Translations under genes and position numbers: made by a program
Shown here: piece by piece, positions 35,872 through 59,784 of the stretch
How positions within the stretch are numbered: the stretch's first letter is position 1
Layout of the letters: each line of letters starts with the position of its first letter
Source of the DNA: Macrostomum lignano
Taxonomy: Eukaryota
Assembly: GCA_002269645.1 (NCBI GenBank)
Contig: NIVC01000340.1
Location: forward strand, 358,087-422,086
Length of the DNA: 64,000 nucleotides
Direction: 5' to 3'
Notes under the pieces: model-generated
Told to the model about the DNA's origin: nothing
The model's database searches: none
The model's input: the letters and a program-made list of their open reading frames with translations, nothing else

Positions 35872-38800
35872 ATGGCCAAGGCGGTGCAGGCCCCTCACGG
35901 CCGATTTAAAATCGTCCTTCTTGGCGAGAGCTCCGTTGGGAAAACTTGCCTGCTGAGAACCTTGATTGGAGAGGAGTTCAGCTCGCATGTCATGAGCACC
36001 ATAGGTTAGTGTTCTCAGGTGTTATTGGCTTTGAAGCTCTCAGTGCGCGAGTTAAGCAGCAGCCCCCCCCCGCCAGATTTACTCGGTCAACAAGGCTTAT
36101 AAACCCCAAGCTCCATAAACTCCAAGCTTCATAAACCCTAAACTTCATAAACCCCAAGCTTCATAAACCTCATGCTTCATAAATCCCATACTTCATAAAC
36201 CTCATGCAAGCTTCATAAACCCCAAGCTTCATAAACCTCAAGCTTCATAAACCCCCAAGCTTCACAACCTCCTGGCTTCACAAATTTTAATATTCACTAT
36301 CCCTTGGCTTCACAACCCTCAATCTTCACAATCTGCAAGCTTCACAAGCATCAATATTCACTTTAATCTTATTAATAGAGCTTTATAGCTCTAGATGATC
36401 ATCAACTCGTAGGTGTTTGAAGTCGAAACCTAAGAAAACGTCACCATGTTTATGCCTTTGCTTTATAAACAAACACGTCAAATGCTTAAGCTTACTACTG
36501 TACTAGTAGTCCATAAATATGCGTCATACCATATTAAAGTTAAGCCTAACATGTTTTCATAAGTAATTAACGTGTTAACTTCTCAGCTAAAAACAATAAT
36601 TGTTCATCTAATTATTTTTACAGGCATAGATTTTAAAAGAAAAAAGTTTACGATCGGCGATAAGGTTATCGAGTTGGAAATCTGGTGAGTCAGCATTTAG
36701 CCTGCTGATAAAGCTAAATTGACCAATCAGGGAAAGGCTGGGCGCGGTCACGTGTCAACAAACATTAGTTAAAAAATATTTTTTTCGGGAGACCGGCTGT
36801 TCTTTATTGATTTGTAAGCAGATGAAATATTTAGTGGCTTAATTATTGCAGGGACACGGCCGGTCAAGAGAAATTCCGGACAATAACGTCGTTTCACTAC
36901 AGGAATGCACGGGTAAATATAATTGTGTGCAGTGCACTTTTTTATTTAATTTCTCACTGCACTAGTCGCATCGTCGCATACATGCGCTACCTTGGGAATC
37001 ACCCGGCCGTTTCTATTGGCAACACACATGTAAGTCGCTATTGGCTGAGAGCAGTCACGTGACTACTATTCTGTCCAATAGCGACACACATGTGTGTGTT
37101 GCCAATAGAAACGGCCGAGTGAATCCCAAGGTTGCACCCAAGCATGCATCAGACAATCTATTTTAATGACATTTATAATTTTCTAACCTAATTTTGCAAC
37201 AACTTTCAGGGCATAGTGCTGCTTTACGATATTACTAATCGGAAATCGTTTGACAGAATGAAAACCTACTGGCTCAAAAGTATCAGCGAGGTAATAAGGA
37301 TTATAGCTTGATTATCTGTAAGGGTAGGGTCTATGTATGTTATTGTTTCAAGGTTATGGTTTAGGGCTATGGTTTAGGGTTAGGGTTAAAGTAATGTGTT
37401 CCTTACTACGAGCGTACCAAGACTTTCTTAGTAATCAAGGAACAATCACTTCTACGAGCGTAGCTATTGCTAGGCAACCCAGTAATCAAATGAAGGTATT
37501 TATTACCTTGAGTCCTGAATCGAAGAGCTCTCCTTTGCGTCGTTCTCGTATCCGGATGTCCTCTGGTGAATTCGTTGATCGAATTTGCTCCTTGGAGTAT
37601 GGCCGGCCGGTATCTGCGTTTCGGACCAGTCGGAAGCTTCGAATTTAATGTGGTTTCAGCTAAGCCTTCTCCTTCTAGCAGTGCCTCAATGCACTCTAGG
37701 TACAGCTCCGGTAATCACTGATAGTCCTCTAAGATCTATCAGGGTAGTTCTTCTGGAGACTAAGATCAATGGAGTCTCAATAGACTCAAGAGTCTCAATA
37801 GACTCAACTACAACAACAATAATGAGTCGCTTCAAACAACGGGCGCAAATGAGTAAGGCTTACCGCAAGAACTCAGCCGAGTCTCTGTAGGAAGTGCGTC
37901 TAAGGCTTCCTCTTCGGAGCTCCTCCCGGAGGTTCGGATGTTGCTCCGGGTCCGCTTCGGTCCACTTGTATTTATAGGCAAACGGACCCCTCGCGAGGTC
38001 GTTCATCACCTTTTTCGTAAATGTCAAAGGGTCACGCTTTGGTTGCTGTCAAGCATGACAGGGTAGAAAGTTAAGCCACTAGTCTAGTGTAAGCGCGCGT
38101 GATTGATTACCGTAGCTGGGTTATTTTTGGTTACCTTTGATTGGTTCATCCGGGTGCATGCCGAATGATGAATCGCAGATGGGGTTTACACTTGACAATT
38201 GTAGGTCACACGCGATTGGTCGGTTGCTAAAAATAACATGTTCGACTTTTCTTTCTTGTGATTGGTTGATTAAAATATATCTGTGATTTAGTACTTATTA
38301 TTATACGTGCTACTTACTATACTACTGAATAAAACTTATTTTATTTTATTAAACTGAATAAATGTTAACAGTTTTTATGACTGACTTTTGCGGGAGGTAA
38401 AGCACTCTACAAAAGTTCATCTTTAGTGCTTGCAGTCGCAATTTGTGGCAGTCATGCAACTTATTGACTGGTTGGCAATAGGATTCACTGGCAGTCAAAT
38501 CGTCGTGAAAGTCAAGACTTTCTCAATTTACGACGCATCTTACAACACAAACATGCCACCCCTACAGCTTGTCAGCTTCTCACGCATTACTCACTTTGAA
38601 ACGCCATTAACATAAATTAATATTGCAGAAAGCAGACAGTGACGTAATCCCAGTATTCATGGTCGGCAACAAGCTAGACTTGGAGTCTCAACGTCAGGTT
38701 CCGCGCGAAGACGGAGTAGATGTAATTATACTGTAGCATTTTTCAACAAGTGTTTCTTTCTAGATTAAATTCAGCAAAATTTCTCTAGCTATTGAAATTT

Positions 38801-40273
38801 TCTCTTACAGGCCAAGGAGCGTTACGGATCCTATGGATTCTTTGAGACCAGCTCCAAGACAGGAGAGAATGTGCAAGATCTCTTCACTGAAGTCGCCAGT
38901 GTTATGGTTTCGATGTGGAAGGTCAGAACATTTATGACAACTTATAAACGCCAACTGTTTCAGTCACGCGATTATTGCAAATTTAAATTGCACGAATTCA
39001 GAAATCCCCGATTAGAAGTGGACAGCCAATAGGAATACACCAATCTGCAGTCACAGGACTTTTTAGCCAAAGCTTCCTTAACACGAGTAGACTGTTTAGT
39101 CACGTGACTTACATGTACGTTCTTAACCGGTTAACCTCTTGAAGAAGTGGGGAGCGTTTGTTTATTTGAAGTTAAATACCTAGGTTCTAACGGCCGCGCA
39201 GTCGAGGCGAAACCGAGCCTGAGCCTGGAGGCCAATGAAGCGAGCCCGAGGGGTGTTAAAAAATTTAATTTTAGGCTTGGCGCAGCTTGATTTGTACTCT
39301 CTGCGGGATGGCCACTGTACATTATTGTGTTCCCTCTGTCCCTGGCAGCCAATCAGCTCCAGTCTATCTCACTTGCTATACAACGCCATTAAAAAACTAT
39401 TTAATGGCCCGACCAATTAAATATAAACTTATCTGACCGCCTAGACTAATCGCTGGGCCATGCCGGGAATTAAAGGGGGCCGTAGCCCAGCGGTAGCGCA
39501 GCTGCTCTGGTGTGCCAGCGACCCAGGCTCGATTCCAAGTGCAGTCACATTAATTTGGGGCTGAATTGGAATCTCCGCTTGGCTCCGCTCGTGCAATTAA
39601 CGGCCTTGAGAGCCAACCCCCCAAGGCGCAGTGAAGTGTACATGCCTAACGATAAAATAAAGTTAGGGCCGCTGTACACTCCTGTGTGAGTGTGTGCCTG
39701 CGTACGTATCCGCGCGCTTGTGTGCCTGCTCAGGGGAGTCGGCGGAATGGGCAGTAATGCCTCTCGCCGGTTGTGTGCCTATGTCGCTTAAAGTGCGCTA
39801 GGGTGCACACAACCCCCCTGCCTCTAATAAAAAAAAGTAAATGCCGGGTGTCCACCACCCCATTTAGCGCCCGTACGCACCGCCACTGCAATGCGTTAAT
39901 ATTATATCTTGTGCATCGTTTTTGTTAGCATCGTTTATGAATAAAATATCGAAACTGAGACATCGTTTATTCTACCAAATCATCGTGTTCGTGCTACTCA
40001 GTTGAACTCTAAAACGACGCGACATTAAATTTTTAAACCAACCTACCTACTAAAAGTATAAATATTGTCATGAATCCACTACAAAATAAAACTTGCCCGC
40101 CAAAGTACACGGTACACGCTTAATAAAACCATTCACAGAACCTGCTCACCAGAGAGCCAGACGATGCAAGACATCATCCGTCGGCTGGTCGACGCGACAG
40201 CATCAAGCTGGGCCACACGGACGCTGCGGCCATCGCCGACAAGAAGGCCGGCTGCTGTGGCGGCGGCAGCTAG
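35872..40273 (+). CDS. Rab-family small GTPase (divergent, Rab8/10/13-like features), ~224 aa: join(35872..36004,36624..36684,36852..36912,37210..37290,38629..38721,38811..38921,40139..40273)
   Basis: G-boxes GESSVGKT, STIGIDF, WDTAGQEKF, VGNKLD and FETSSKTG, plus C-terminal CC prenylation motif (KKAGCCGGGS*). All intron phases are consistent. Confidence 0.93.
36105..36350. repeat. ~16-17 bp degenerate repeat (AAGCTTCATAAACCCC)n in Rab intron 1
   Basis: About 10 units, decaying towards the 3' side. Confidence 0.8.
36989..37132. mobile_element. 144-bp palindromic MITE-like hairpin in Rab intron 3
   Basis: ACCTTGGGAATCACCCGGCCGTTTCTATTGGCAACACACATGT pairs almost fully with the reverse complement of the 3' end. 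Confidence 0.7.
37395..38060 (-). mobile_element. Putative solo LTR in Rab intron 4
   Basis: TGT...ACA termini; TATAAATA (on -, ~37969-37976) followed by AATAAA (on -, ~37497-37502); no ORF. No matching TSD was found. Confidence 0.45.
39468..39840 (+). mobile_element. tRNA-derived SINE in Rab intron 6
   Basis: A box TAGCCCAGCGG (39483), B box GGCTCGATTCC (39526), ~300-bp body, A-rich tail, and an 8-bp flanking direct repeat ATGCCGGG (39460-39467 / 39841-39848). Confidence 0.8.
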
Positions 40274-41132
40274 CAGTCAAAGTCAAGGCTATGCAACTGT
40301 TGAATTGTACTTCAGTGTACATTTAGTTCGTATTTACGAAACAGTTTATTTGTACATCCGTTGCCCAAATGGGTATGCACTTTTAGCCATCGATTTTTTC
40401 GTCACGTGTCTTGGTTGGAAGGGGTGATTCACAAAAATGCTATTTACAATTATAAAACAAATTAAATTTCGGGAATTGCATTCATCGATTCCGATTTATT
40501 AAATGAAAAAATAACCAAAGTTGAATGCTTTTTTCCGTGAAAGTTCTGCTTTTTTAGCGAATTTATTGATCAAATATCACTTAATAGAATGCATCTAGGA
40601 TTAATAATATTTTACGCGGCAGTAAAAAATACTATAAAAAATAATAATAGAAGTAGTCTTTGATGCACTCGGGTATAGATTAAGATTAGCTATGGTATAT
40701 GCTCGAATAATTTGGATTAAAAAAAACAGATAAATATTTTTCTGTATAAGCTCAGACTGATCATTAAATAGCAAAGTGGATATGAACCGTAAATAAATAT
40801 TGAAACAAAATGGAAGCAAACTGTTCGCACAGTTGTGCAGTCGTCTACTTCGACTTCTAAATTTTACGACCGATTTCTCAAGATGAAATATTATTTTAAG
40901 TAGCTATGCGCAGATTCCTCAAAAACTAGTTTTTTGTATTTACGACAGATTCACTATAAAGAAAACAGTATTTTTAATTTTCATAGAAACGCAACCTTCA
41001 GCAGTTCTCCAATCAATATTCTATAATGATTGGCTACAATCTACAAGGCGTAAAAAACATTGAGCGTAAAAAACATTGCTCAAAGTTAATTATTGTCAGA
41101 GAACACTATCTTCACTGTCAATCGTCACTTCT

Positions 41133-52439
<11,307 letters not shown>

Positions 52440-53300
52440 TCTAATCGGGTACTAATATAAAAATCGTTCAGTGTGTCGGTATAAAGTTTCTATTTGTAAT
52501 TGCTTTAGTTTCGGAAACAGGCTTGTCTATTGTGCTCTGGGCTTGGTAGAAGAAGTCTGCTTTATCTCTATTAAATAGCTAACTGTTAGAGCTCAAAACG
52601 TCAGAATTTTTTCTAGTGTTCCGTTGCCAGAAACAGCTTAGAGTGAAGGCTTATGGCTTCGCCTCTGTCAGGATACAATGGGCTAGCTATGCTTAATACA
52701 GTGAGACGTCGGGGAAGAGCTAGCTGAGAATGCCTCTATAAGCTCTTTTCTTTTCATAAAATTTTGTTACCGCCATGCCACGACTTAGCTATGAAAAGCC
52801 ATCGTCTGTTACTGCACTGAATGAGTGGCTAAAAGTATTCTATTTCTTTTCGAATGTCTTAGATCTTTTTATTTCTAATACTGACAAATCCAACTGGTTG
52901 CAGCTGTTTCAATGCTTTTTTCTTCGCTTATTGTCTATTGTTCCACGGATGGAGCTGTCTGCATTCTGCCAACGACTGGTAGAAACGAAACGGCTTTACC
53001 GAAGATTCGTGAAGTTTGTAGGGCTTCTTCGCCTAGTTTTTATATTCTAATTTCATTTTAGTATAGCATGCAGCAGACAATGCAGAAGGTTTCGAGGTAA
53101 ACAATATTCTTGAGCAAATTATATTTCACAAAGCACGTGCTCCCAATGTAGTACCAATGCACTGGACCGTAGACTGTAGCTTGACAGGTCTAGACAAAGC
53201 TAAATGTGCAACATAAGTCTATAGAGGTATTGCAACAAATAGCTGTGACACTATATTACTTCTAAGTGTCATTTAAATTCGATAATTGCAAGTTTGATAT

Positions 53301-54219
53301 TGTAGTGAGCCGCTAGTTTGGTGTTGGGCGTCGCACTATTGTCAGCAGTTTCCCTCGCCCTCACCCTGGGTTGCTGTCTGCCGCTGGGCAGCCTCCCTTC
53401 CCTTTTTCTGCCTGTTCTCTGTCGCCCCCCTCTTCTCTGCGCTCTTGCTTGCAGCCACGAGCTTCTCTGCTGTGGCCTGCTCTACATTTCGTTCCTGTCC
53501 TGAGGTCACGCTGGTGGCCTGTTTCCCTTGTCATGTGAGCAAGTCCCCTGACAAGTCTTGTTTTCTTGAAGTCCTACAGTGCAGTCTACTGCACTTGCTG
53601 GTCCGTGTTTACTAAGGAATCACGTGCCCAAGGCCCTTCTCTTCTCTAAGGAAAGGAGTGACTCATGTTTCTAAAAATAGACACTGAGTCACAGCTTGGC
53701 GCACTCTGCCCGAGGACCCAAAGTGACGTCAGTTCTAAAAATAGAACAAAGTCCCGAAGTCTTGTGCGCATTGGGGCAGTGGAGAATCCCAGGCTATAAA
53801 TACGGACCCCATCATCTTTGGTTCAGTCAAGGAGGTTCTTAGTTTCAGTGTTTTCCAGTCTAACTCTTAGTCTAGTTCCAGTTCTTTTCTCAGTTTCCGA
53901 AGTTTTCTGACAGTTTTATTGTCCAATCAACTCTCCCTTTATTGGCCTGACTAAACTTAGATGCCCAAGCCTAAAGAAGGCTAATACAGCCTCCCCAACC
54001 ACCCACTGAGCCCTGCGGGATCTGCTAACCAGATGCCTTGTTCGTTAATCTTGAAATCTGCACGCTGTGCTGAGTTCTTTGACTTGTTTATTTCGTTCTG
54101 ACGGGAAGCTCACCTCACCGAAGGCCGAGACCGGAAGGAACTGGTGGCAGGACTACCTACGCTACGAAGAGGCTCGAGACTTAAGACCTACCAGGCCACC
54201 TCGAGACAACCCTGAGACA
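53301..54219 (+). mobile_element. LTR-like fragment (possible solo LTR)
   Basis: Begins TGTAGTGAG and ends ...GAGACA, with an internal GCTATAAATA TATA box (~53792-53801). No TSD or ORF identified. Confidence 0.35.
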
Positions 54220-54489
54220 ACCCTCAGTATTTCAATACATTTTATTTGGTATATTATCGTTTGTATATAGTTAATGAAAGTGATGGGTTCGGCCTTTTTA
54301 AGCCTATAGCTTCGGGCCTCAGAATTCAGAAATGAATCACTTAGAACTCTGGCCTCTCACTCCTGTCAGATGGTCAGCCCCATGGTAGCTGGATTGTGCG
54401 CGAGCAGCAAGGTCCTATAGCTAGGAGAAGACAGCGAGAGACAAGCAGGGAGATAAATAAAGGTAAATATCAACATGAAGTTATTTATT

Positions 54490-56106
54490 TATTTATTTGA
54501 CATCTTCAGGGCGAAGTTTATTTGAACAAAATTATTGAACGCAAACAGTATATATATAGTGAGTGAAGTACATGTAATTTTGTTGGTTTAAAAACTTGTA
54601 CATATTAATTAAACTAGAATATGCAGAGTTGACGGCTAGCCCCACCCATCGCGAGTTGATTATTTACCATGGGCTGTCTCGTTTTAATGTACAAGGCTTC
54701 TAATAGGCAGAGCATGTGATCTCTATTGCAAAAATCGATAGCCTTAATCATCTTGTGTGGGTCAGCGTCACAACAACTGTTGCAAGTTAGCAGGTGTTCG
54801 TTAATGGCAGAGGTTTAGCCAGTGCTCCCTGACCCTCGTGTACAAGTGTTGTTTAGTCTTTCCAATATAGGAGATGCTCTGTTCCTCAGAGCAAATAAAT
54901 TTGTACAGGACACCTGCCGCGAGAGGACAAGGAACACTGAATTTCAGCCTACAGACAAACTTAACAACCTTTTCAGTGCGAAACACAACACGGATTTGAG
55001 TGTTTAAGTCTTTACGGAACAGCTTTTCAATCTTCTTTTTGAACTCGATAGAACATACCCCAAAGAAAGGTAAAGTGATCACGGAACAATCAGAGGTGGA
55101 TTCACGAACTTTCATCTGAGTAGGTTCAGTCAGGTTGTCATTGAGAAAAGAGTTAACAATTTTCAACACAATGTTCCTAGGGTAGCCATTGTAGCTGAGC
55201 AAGTTGGTGAGGATTTCAACTTCATTGTGAAAGAGCCTCCAGGAACTGCAAATGGAAAAGGCCCGGTGAAGAAAGCAGCGAACCAATCCAACTTTCCATT
55301 GTCTAGGGCACAGGGCATCGAACCTGAGCATAAGCCCGGTAAAGCTAGGTTTCCTAAACACACTGGTGGAAATAGTTTCATTGGTGGCATCAATGTCAAT
55401 GTCTAAGAAAGGAAGTCTCCTGCCTCCCCTTCCACCGTAAATTTGATATTCTCATGAGTAGAATTGATAATGTTAAAAAACTCATTCTTCTTAGTTTCAT
55501 CCTCAAAGATCGCAAACGTGTCATCCACGTAGCGTTTGTAAAAGTGAGGCGCATACGTGAGGGACATCCAGTCCTTTTCCCAATGAGCCATGCACAAATT
55601 AGCGAGGGTTGGGGCGAGAGGGCTGCCCATGGCACAACCGTCAATCTGTCTGTAATATTTGTCCCGAAAAAGAAAGATGCCGGAATTGTAGCGAATTTGA
55701 GCATCTTCTTAAAAGTGGCTTTCGAGAACGGAGATGGATTGGCTTTTTCATACACAAGATCAGCAGCAAGCTCAATGGTGAATTCAAGAGGGATGTTGGT
55801 GAACAGAGAAACAACATCAAAGCTATAAAGCCTGTCAGTTTGATTAGTCGTGGTGTTGCTGAGGCACTCAATAAACTGTTTATTGGATCCCACACAGTGC
55901 TCAGTAGGAATGACAGGTTTAATTAAATTGTCAAGGAATTTGGCTAGCTCATACTCCGAAGTGTTGATCATCGAAACAATTGGTCTTAAAGGATGACCAT
56001 CCTTATGGACTTTGCACAGACCATAGAGTTGTCCAGGTTGGCTACCACTTGGGACAATCACCTTAAAGATCTCAGGGCTCACATGCGGCTTGACATAAGT
56101 TCTCAA
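54490..56106 (-). mobile_element. 5'-truncated, frameshifted Penelope-like retroelement (RT + GIY-YIG endonuclease)
   Basis: LYGLCKVHKDGHPLRPIVS, SFDVVSLFTNIP, MGSPLAPTLANL, YKRYVDDTF and FLHRAFSICSS...NGYP are PLE RT/thumb motifs; GVLYKFIC...SYIGKTKQHLYTRVREH is GIY-YIG. Split over three frames. Confidence 0.92.
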
Positions 56107-56680
56107 AAAATTCTGAAGAACTTATGCCAATAGCATTGTAGTAGGGCATTATTTTAGGAACGGGAATTATTGTGGGTTCAAATATGCCTTTTGCCTACTA
56201 TCAGTAGTATCAACCCGGGGAAATAATTAGAGCGGGGGTAAATCGCTAGTTTTCGGGATCCTTTAGAAGTACAGAGCAGTTGGGCTCTTGGGAAAGCATC
56301 CCGTGGCAACCTGTCTTAGAAACTCAGCTAAGAATCGGTAAGAAGGGAAAATATTAGGGGGAATAAGGGGAATACTTAAGTTGCACAAGAGGAGTCTTGC
56401 CTCTAACTGGGAGTCTTGCCCTACGCACAAACGGGGAAACTTAAGATAGGAACTAATGTAAAGACCAATCTTTTGTACGTTAACGTTTTTCTTTTATTAA
56501 AACCTTATTAACTGTTGAAATCTCATTTGGTGTCCTGACTCAATTCTTTAAATCTGAATACCAGAATTAGGGAAAGCAGGAACCTGGTGGCAGCAAATCT
56601 ACCAAAATCTAAAACCATTAAATCCACTAGTATAATCCTTAGCAATAGAAACCAGTAGCTTAACCCGCGAGGTACCACGC

Positions 56681-57001
56681 GTGTCCACCATCACCAACCT
56701 GTCTCGTCACCAACTCACGGTCACCGAGCTCAACTGTTTGCAACATGACCTGCGTAACCCGACGCTACTAAAACTCATCAACAAGCTTAAAATCGCTGCT
56801 GAAATTGAATCTGGCCTGAGTAAGTGCCTAAAAACTGACAATTTGCGGGTTGACGGCGCTGTTCCACCCGATAAGCTTAAACACCGTATCATTGCTGAAT
56901 TTGAAAAGTTTATCTGTAGAGCTCAAGGATACGTTAACAAGAAAAGCAATAGGCTTATGCACAGCGAGCCACTTTACAAGCAGGGAGAATTTGAAAGGTA
57001 G
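56681..57001 (+). pseudogene. Fragment resembling the N-terminal region of a Penelope-like ORF
   Basis: ITNLSRHQLTVTELNCLQH resembles the 'V.NLS...LT..E...L..GL' motif that precedes PLE RTs. No downstream RT follows. Confidence 0.35.
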
Positions 57002-57030
57002 AGATTAGCTAATCCGCAGATTAACTAACC

Positions 57031-58791
57031 CGCTGCCACCAGTCCGTGCGCCCCGGCTCACCAAACCGGAGCTATCGAAATCGGACTTCCGACTAGAGGG
57101 GCACTGCACTTACCTGCCATCTAGTGTCTTTTAAGCTGTCTATCTCGAAGTCATAGCCGAATAGAAGGGACGCTGCTGGGACTAAGATCGCATTGGCCAT
57201 GCAGAGACAGAGAGGACTTTTGCAGGGGGTTCTTGCGCTGGCGAGCCTTCATACACTACTAAATGTACTATTTCATTACCAAATTCCCAGAAGTACATGT
57301 AAAAGTACACGTAACTGCACGCTTTTGGCACTAAATGTGTTAACACGTCGACAGATAGCGATGATGTAGGTGCATTGTCACTTTCGGAGATCGTTAGACT
57401 AATATTTAACTTACTTTAGCTGCTTAACTGCCTGTGACCGCGCCAAAGCGCCAGTCTGGCACTTAATTTGCATGCTTAACATAATGATTTCTTAGATCGA
57501 CTGATTGACTGGGAACTGTGCCGCTTCCGGTCCACTGTGACCTTTGCCCCTAGATCTAGCCACTCATCTCAGCTGGCATTGCGAAAAAGAAAGAAAACAC
57601 TAAGTCTTTAACTTCCAGATTTAACTTTCTCACTTAATCCGCAATCCTAAACACTTTAGATTGAGTTAGAGCAAATGGCTACTTTTAATATTAACTGACA
57701 CTTCTGCCTCGGGATTGGCACACAAAAGCAAGTAAGCAAAAGCGCAAATCCTATCAGACTACCTAGGGAGAGGTCAGTCAAAGGGTGCACCCAGTTAAGC
57801 AGGCCAAGAAAGCCTCTCACCAAACCAATCAGAGGACCTATCTGCCGGTAGCCAAGGAATCCACAGAGACCGAAGCGCTCAGACGGGATGCTGCTGCTGA
57901 TCTTGACTGACGATTGCCGCCGCTACTCTTCACTTGCCGAAGGTCGTTGCTGCTTTCGGTTCGCGGCCGGGAAAGACTGGTGACGTCTCCCGAGGGAAAA
58001 CTTAGCTGCTGAAGCCGAAGCTGCCGGGGGAAGGGGGCTCAGATGCCGAAGGGGCAGCCGGAACAAGATACCAGCAAGCCCGGAAACACCCGAAGGGTCG
58101 GGGAAGCAGCCGGGGTTACTCGAGCGAGGGTCGAGTTGCCGCCTTTTATAGCTCTCACGCGGCCGATTTGTTATAACGCACGCTGAATTTTCCGATTGGC
58201 TGAGAGCTTTTGTTAAAATAGGCGCCGAATTTTCTGATTGGTCGAGCCGGGGGCAGTCAGGTCGACTCCGATTGGCTGAGCTCAAGACCCCAAAACCCAC
58301 CCCACCAGGTCAGACACCAGGGAAGTTGACAGGTGCGGTCATAAATCATAAGCAAAACATAATAAGAGTCACTTGTCTAGACATCCTGGCGCCAAAAGTG
58401 ACAGCAAAACGCCCATAAATCAAAGGAGAAAGCAACAGAGCGAGTGGGGAGAAAGCTGGAAAGACCTCTTTGACCCCGACAGGCTGGAGCCAAAAGTGAC
58501 AGCTAGACGGCCATAAATCACCGAAAACAGTAAAAAAGCCACAAATTTGGGGGTCAGAACGTGGTTGAAAACGTTCCTCCCAGACTTAGTGTCGCCTGTC
58601 TAGACTGTTGGAGGTCAATCCGCCTCAGACCCAGACAGTCTGACCTTCAAAGGTGCGTAAACAATCCAAAATTAGAATCCTAAGAGAAGTACATTGAGTT
58701 TCTAACATAACTAATAGTAATGGCATAAAATAGTATAGAACTTAGCCTAGATGAGAGAATGGAGAGAAATTCCTAAGCTAGCCTACTTACA
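57031..58791 (-). mobile_element. Gypsy-type LTR with adjacent primer-binding site; internal region deleted or disrupted
   Basis: On -: starts TGTAAG (58791), has three CCAAT boxes (~58275, 58240, 58199), TATAAAAG (58150-58143), and TGGTGGCAGCGG (57042-57031), a PBS-like sequence typical of Gypsy elements. Boundaries are inferred. Confidence 0.55.
58327..58520. promoter_or_regulatory. Three TGACAG-(8/10/10 nt)-ATAAATCA modules (Meis-like site + Pbx/posterior-Hox-like TGATTTAT site)
   Basis: Modules at 58327-58348, 58399-58422 and 58497-58520. The motifs are conserved while most spacer bases differ. Confidence 0.5.
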
Positions 58792-58931
58792 GTAGGGGAA
58801 AAGCGCATCGAAGCAAAATGTGCGGTTCTAAGATTGAAAAAAGTGCGTCCTCATCAAAAGCTTTAAACTACTGTTATTAAAAAAGAATTTACAGACTTAT
58901 TAACAAAAACTAAACAAGACTATACGCGTAT

Positions 58932-59422
58932 CAGGGGCGGATTTAAGGGGGGTTGGGCGATGGGGGGGCGGCCCCCCTTGTGGCTGGCAATGATGGCGCC
59001 CCTTTTCCCCTTTTCTTTTGGGCTAAACAAAGTTCCTCATCGCTGTCAGTTTGCTCAGTATGGCGCCCCTCTCGTCTATGGTGCCCCTCTCGTCTATGGC
59101 GCGCCCTCTCGTCTATGGCGCGCCCTCTCGTCTATGGCGCCCCTCTCGTCTATGGTGCCCCTCTCGTCTATGGCGCGCCCTCTCGTCTATGGCGCGCCCT
59201 CTCGTCTATGGCGCCCCTCTTGTCTATGGCGCCCCTCTTGTCTATGGCGCCCCTCTTTGTCTATGGTGCCCCTCTCGTCTATGGTGCCCCTCTCGTCTAT
59301 GGCGCGCCCTCTCGTCTATGGCGCCCCTCTTGTCTATGGCGCCCCTCTCGCGTATATTATGGCGCCCCCGCTCTTATGTTTAAAATCGGCCCCCTCATTT
59401 TATATTTAAAAATCCGCCACTG
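58932..59422. mobile_element. 491-bp hAT-type MITE containing an internal ~20-bp minisatellite
   Basis: TIRs CAGGGGCGGATTTA / CAGTGGCGGATTTT (reverse complement) and a perfect 8-bp TSD ACGCGTAT (58924-58931; 59423-59430). Internal (GCGCCCCTCTCGTCTATG)n. Confidence 0.9.
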
Positions 59423-59784
59423 ACGCGTATACTTCAAACCGATGGAGTTCTAACCTTTTTTTCATTTAAAAAAAAACACACTGACAGTTTAAACCGAAAG
59501 AAAGCTGGGGCTATTATTAGCCATCGTGCCATGACCTTTGTGCCTGCTGGGCACTTATTCTTGCCATTTAATGCCACAGACTACATTTAAGCCCGCTTGC
59601 AGGACTTTAATGCTTTAAACTTACTTTAATGCAATTAGCGGGCAGTTAATGACATTTTACGCCCGATTATTCTGTCCCACTTTGTCATGGACACAAATGT
59701 CTATGGCTCAATAATAGTAATACCCATGCTAACGGCGCCCTCTGATTTTCTTATTAACGCCCTTAAAGCATGGGTATTAATGTA

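Noticed and set aside
56585-57042. TGGTGGCAGC in inverted orientation at 56585 and 57042 as TIRs of an element
   Set aside because: Only 10 bp match, with no extension or TSD. The right copy is better explained as a PBS.
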